In this document: positions 48,426-64,000 of the stretch, one piece after another | How positions within the stretch are numbered: position 1 is the stretch's first letter | How the letters are laid out: each line of letters starts with the position of its first letter | Source of the DNA: Eledone cirrhosa | Taxonomy: Eukaryota | DNA: 64,000 nucleotides | Assembly: GCA_964016885.1 (NCBI GenBank) | Contig: OZ024761.1 | Location: 26,040,001-26,104,000 of the forward strand | Reading direction: 5' to 3' | The notes under the pieces: generated by a model | Database searches by the model: none | What the model saw: the letters and a program-made list of their open reading frames with translations, nothing else | Told to the model about the DNA's origin: nothing | Translations under genes and position numbers: made by a program

Positions 48426-48744
48426 AGTTATGTAATAAACAACATAAGATAATTATTTCATTTACCAGTGGTTTCTTGAAGACAGACATAAATATGTCTT
48501 CAGGAAACCACTGGTAAATGAAATAATTGTTTCTACTTTTGGCACAGGGCCAGAAATTGCCCAGAACATTACTGGTACTTTATTTTATCGACCCCGTAAG
48601 GATGAAAGGCAAAGTTAACCTCGGCGGGATTTGAACGGCCGTAGCTCTATGCGTCAATGCATGGCGTCCGACCCTCTACCGATACAGCCAATCCACCGCC
48701 TTTGGTAAATGAAATAATTATCTTATGTTGTTTATTACATAACT
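48426..48744. mobile_element. Hairpin element with a SINE family A copy (48525-48700, minus) in its right arm
   Basis: Arms agttatgtaataaacaacataagataattatttcatttaccagtggtttc and its reverse complement. TSD tggtaaatgaaataatt. A half copy lies at ~18937-18988. Confidence 0.85.
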
Positions 48745-49023
48745 AAAAAGCTCTGTAGCCTACATAGAGCACTCGTTTCCTTTAGCTTTCCTACAGAAAT
48801 GCATCATTGTATATTTATATATATATATATACTCCTTTGGTGGAAATATGTTGTGTTCAGTCCCGGAGATATTAGGGCTCCACCAGATTTTTAAAATGCC
48901 CTAGAAACGGCATATGTCAATTAAGCGCCCCTCCGGCTCCAGCAGGCGTTAGCGGATATTGTATGTATTCATGATATCAAAAGAATTCCAAGCTTACGGA
49001 TGAAAGATGGTCTGTTGCTTGGC

Positions 49024-49179
49024 AACACCCAATAATGACGAGGAATAAGATTTATGTCCCCAGAACCGAACATTGTTTCTTTTCTCCTCGCCACTGTTTT
49101 CGTTTTAACTGGGGCCATTTACACATATATATATATATATATATATACATATATACAAAAATATACACGCGCACATGTA

Positions 49180-49248
<69 letters not shown>

Positions 49249-49372
49249 AGACAAACGTACATCCATACATATAAAAAACACCCAATAATGACGAGGAATA
49301 AGATTTATGTCCCCAGAACCGAACATTGTTTCTTTTCTCCTCGCCACTGTTTTCGTTTTAACTGGGGCCATT

Positions 49373-49410
<38 letters not shown>

Positions 49411-49436
49411 TACAAAAATATACACGCGCACATGTA

Positions 49437-49485
<49 letters not shown>

Positions 49486-49620
49486 AGACAAACGTACATC
49501 CATACATATAAAAAATACACACACGCGCATACACATAAATATGCGTGTGTGTGTGTATTTTTTATATGTATATATGTATGGATGTACGTTTGTCTGTTTA
49601 TATATATATATATATATAAA
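49024..49620. repeat. ~253-bp tandem duplication ending in a fold-back
   Basis: aacacccaataatgacgagg.. at 49024 and 49277. taaacagacaaacgtacatccatacatata at 49481 is inverted at ~49570-49600. Confidence 0.85.
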
Positions 49621-50121
49621 AAGCAAACAGTAACAGCTACAAAGGGCGGTATTTTACCCACTGCAACCTCTACGCAAATTATCAGTTAACCAGTGTTTGG
49701 ATGGATTAAGACGTCGGCCCAAACTTGTAACAATAAAACATATTTTCTGTTTGGCGCCAAGAAAAGTATGAATGCAAAATGGCGACTTAAAATAATGTAT
49801 ACCATCCCCACATCCACTAATACCAAATAGAAACGACGTTTCGATTTACAAATTCTCATTAAGAAATGATGAGGCGACGACATTTTAAATCAAAGCGAAC
49901 CCAACATATTATGTAACAAAGCATATCGATCATGAATTGATTAGCGAATATAATTAAGAAATGATTTGTTAGAGTTTTTATTAGTATTATTATTATTATT
50001 ATTATTATTCCTCCTTCCTTTTTCTCTCTATCAATCTATCTATATCTTTCTCCCTCCCACTATATATCTTGCTTCCCCTCTTTCTCTCTCTCTATTACAC
50101 ACACACTATATATATATATAG

Positions 50122-50332
50122 GGGTGTAGCTGATTGGTTACAGAACTGGATTCGCAATCGTGAGGTTGTGAGTTCGATTCCTGGACCGGGCGACGTGTTA
50201 TGATGTCCTTGAGTAAGACACTTTATTTCACGTTACTCCAACCTGGAGTTGCGACCGGTAGATAGTATTAGCAATTGCAAGGCCAACGGAAACATTGTTT
50301 CCTCGGTCCGATTTGACGAAAGTCGATCGATA
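50122..50332 (+). mobile_element. SINE family B (CORE-like)
   Basis: gtagctgattggtta, gagttcgattcc, tgtccttgagtaagacactt and the shared tail. Confidence 0.85.
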
Positions 50333-50390
<58 letters not shown>

Positions 50391-50519
50391 GGCGTCCGAC
50401 TCTCAACCGATACTGCCAATCCATCGCCTTCTTGAAATAATGATGAAACGAATTAGAAGGATTTGATAATATTTTAGATTGAGTGTCTTTGTAAGTGTAA
50501 CATGAATAGTAGGGAAGAG

Positions 50520-50726
50520 GAATGACGTATCTTATTGTACAGGGTCCTAGGTCGATGGCTTGCTATCTTCGTGGTGACATTGAGGGGGAATGGCATACAT
50601 AATTTTACTGGATCTTAGATCGATGAGTTGCTACTTTGCGGCGGTATATTGAAAGGAGTGGCGTGCTTTAATGTATAGGGTCTTAGGTTGATAGCTTGCT
50701 ATACTTGTGGCGATATATTAAAAGGA
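50520..50726. repeat. Three diverged copies of a ~69-bp unit
   Basis: gg(g/a)tc(c/t)tag(g/a)t(c/t)gat..ttgcta at ~50542, ~50610 and ~50679. Confidence 0.7.
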
Positions 50727-50760
50727 ACTAATGAAATATTCATTATTATCAAGCTATCAA

Positions 50761-50871
50761 GTACACTAGCTACGACAGTACATATTCTAAAATTGGAACG
50801 ATACAGAGAAGTTTAGCATGGCCCCTGCGCAACTATGACACCCAAATTCGTGAATCGTTCCATATTTTTTT
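50761..50871 (+). ncRNA. U6: U6 snRNA copy, full length but mutated (probable pseudogene)
   Basis: ctaaaattggaacgatACAGAGAagtttAGCatggcccctgcgcaa..atgacac.caaattcgtgaa.cgttccatattttttt. Six substitutions 3' of the 5' stem-loop relative to canonical U6, and an altered 5' stem-loop. Confidence 0.92.
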
Positions 50872-51217
50872 CCAAGAGCGATGCCCCAGCATAGCCACAG
50901 TCGGATGGCTGGAACAGGTAAAAGAGTTGTCTTCCGGTATTCGTGTGAGTTACGTTTCTAGAGTACCAGCGAAGAGTGAAAAAACCGGGAATATTGGACG
51001 TGAACCACAAACAATGCCTAACAATGTCAAAACATAACGTAAAATATAGGCCGGTAAAGACGGTATATTGTTATTAATAATTTAGCGTTAAAAGCATGAA
51101 AAAAGCCATAAAATATCGCATAAGATATTTACAATTCCGCGAATATGCGGTGGTTTCCATGAACAATTACGAGTACTGTTCTAAAGAAAATTCCGCGAAT
51201 AACGGGGGATGCACTGT

Positions 51218-51256
<39 letters not shown>

Positions 51257-51257
<1 letters not shown>

Positions 51258-51402
51258 CGACCTGCCAACCTCTAAAGACTCAAAGGGGAAGTACCATGAA
51301 AAATATTGCCCCAAACGGGGACATTTCACAAGAAAACATCTCTCACCCTCCCCAAAGCGGGCGGGACAACATCCCGTCGGACGTGTAAGTGTGACAGGTC
51401 TG
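51257..51402. mobile_element. Short MITE with hAT-like termini
   Basis: Terminal inverted repeats ccgacctgcca ... tgacaggtctg. The TSD is imperfect. Confidence 0.45.
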
Positions 51403-52753
51403 TATACATATATAAACTTAAGAAAATTAACAAAGAGAGGACAAGACAAGAGAAAACGTTAAAAAATTATTTTTTTAAAATTAAATATATATATATTTTA
51501 AATTGCAAGACAAGGACAATTAATTAAGCCAGATACCTCTTAAAATTTGACTGTCATTATCCATATACACTGAACAATAATATTCCAATGTTGCTTTTCT
51601 TCTGTCGTTGTCCTTCCAGTTTGGACACAAGAATTTACTATGCCTAATCACGTGGTTATCACCAACCAATAAAATCGCAAATGGCAATTTTGAGTCAATT
51701 TTTTTTTATAAGACAGAAAGAGGTTTCAAACTCCACAGAAGAAACACAAATCCTCCATCTCAATTTTATTTTTGTTAATCATAAGAACTGTGAAACCGAT
51801 AAAGTCAATAAATATTTAAATAGCATTATACTTCTGTGTCCTTCAGTTATTATTGATTTTATTGATTTTTTAAAGATTTCCCCCTAAAAATTTGTTTTTA
51901 ATTTTGGCCTTGTTTCTGTTAATTGTCTTGTACACTCTTCGTTTATTTAGCTTAAGTTTACAAACACACACACACACACACATATATGTATAAATATATA
52001 TATATATATATATATATTTATAAAGGTTTGCTGAAAAGTTCATAGACTAACCAAGATATTCTCACGGAATGACCAAATGAGGGTTCGTTTTCAACATAGT
52101 CCCTGGAAAGGGATAATACAGAACGTAATATTATGAATAAAAACAAGAACAAATATATTTGTTTTTTTTATCGATAAAAGTATTTATTAAGAAAAAATAT
52201 ATATAGTTCTGTAAAAAAAGTTTTAAAATATTTTTAAAAAGGGGTTTGAAAACTCTACAAAATAGTATAAAATGCTAGAGTCATTAGTACACACTCGTGT
52301 GTCAAAAATACGAGGAATATATTAAAGTTTGCTGAAGTATTATTTAAATCCATCACAGGTTAATTTTATAGAATGTATTAATTAAAATAAAATTCACAGC
52401 TCAAAGCTCATACGTGTTTCCATCCCATAGCCTTTCTTGGGTGATCTTATGACCGGAAAACCATAGTCCTATCATGAAATGAAATGTTTTTGCTCAAGAA
52501 CTCATCGCGTAGCCAGGCCCAAATATCGAACCCTCGTAGCTTGTGATTACGTGTCCAACATCCTAACCATTAGTCCTTAAATGATAAAAGAGAAAGACCT
52601 GGTTTGGAATTTTACACCCCACCATGTAAAGGGAGCTAAGGTGTCCTCAAGTTAAAAAGAATACTTTCGTGTAGATAAAGAAAAATCTGGACATTTAACT
52701 TTACAGCTATATTACTGAAACCGTAGAACCATAAAATGGTTCAGTTTGATGAA

Positions 52754-53032
52754 CAGGGTGGGTCAGAATTCATGACTCGCTTGTTAATTATATTTCTTAA
52801 CATGCTTATTTTATTGTTATTGTATTGTTTTAATTTATTATTTTATTTCTTAATATACTTAGCAGGTTTCTTAATTTATATTTTTATTTCTTAATATTTC
52901 TCACAGGTTTTTTTTTTTTTTTTCTAAATTTGATTAACCATGGTACATCCTTTGCTAAGGTTGGAAAAAGGTATTCAATGTGTGAGATTATTGGCTAAAT
53001 AATCACGTGAGTCATGAATTCTGGCCCAGCCT
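52754..53032. mobile_element. MITE with Tc1/mariner-like TIRs
   Basis: cagggtgggtcagaattcatgactc versus gagtcatgaattctggcccagcct. Confidence 0.6.
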
Positions 53033-53210
53033 TTATATCGACAGTAATACTTAAAATATCATTCATTGAATCTCCAGATATAATGAAAGCCAATGTTAAA
53101 TCTCGGCTAACTAAGAATTCAAATCGTCAAAGCGTCAATTTATAAACAGGATATTTTCGTGTTGTGTAGTCTCACCATCTCTCGTGGCTTCTCTTTCTCT
53201 TTCAAAATAT

Positions 53211-63778
<10,568 letters not shown>

Positions 63779-64000
63779 CTTAAGTTAATCGAAGTTCTGC
63801 TACAAGAAAATTATAATAGAAAAAGACAAAAAAAAAAAAAAAGATGAAAATACATGGATACATGGAGACAAGATGAATATTGGTCTGGTAAATAAAATGT
63901 TTTTAAAATATTGTGAAATTCACGACATGGGCGTTTGAATATTTTTCCCATAGTCTCATACACTACGACAGACAGATTTTGCATATATATATATATTATA

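Overview
This is AT-rich eukaryotic DNA dominated by (TA)n/(CA)n microsatellites and tRNA-derived SINEs. The repeat landscape suggests an octopus or other cephalopod, which is an inference. Almost all ORFs in the supplied track are microsatellite artefacts. The supported content is: (1) a spliced minus-strand HELZ-family gene at 53211-63778 (C2H2 and CCCH zinc fingers plus a UPF1-like SF1 helicase), with nine phase-consistent exons but degenerate Walker B and motifs III, IIIa, V and VI, so a candidate pseudo-helicase; (2) two exons of a plus-strand Ly6/uPAR (quiver/sleepless-like) three-finger protein gene with a GPI-anchor-like tail; (3) a decayed Helitron with an internal ~190-bp fold-back palindrome; (4) a 5'-truncated R4/Dong LINE in a (TAA)n tract; (5) a mutated full-length U6 snRNA copy joined to a retroelement-like tail; and (6) about 20 SINE copies, RTE fragments, hairpin MITE-like elements and several tandem arrays. 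There is no CRISPR array or prokaryotic system. All calls were made by eye with no database searches.
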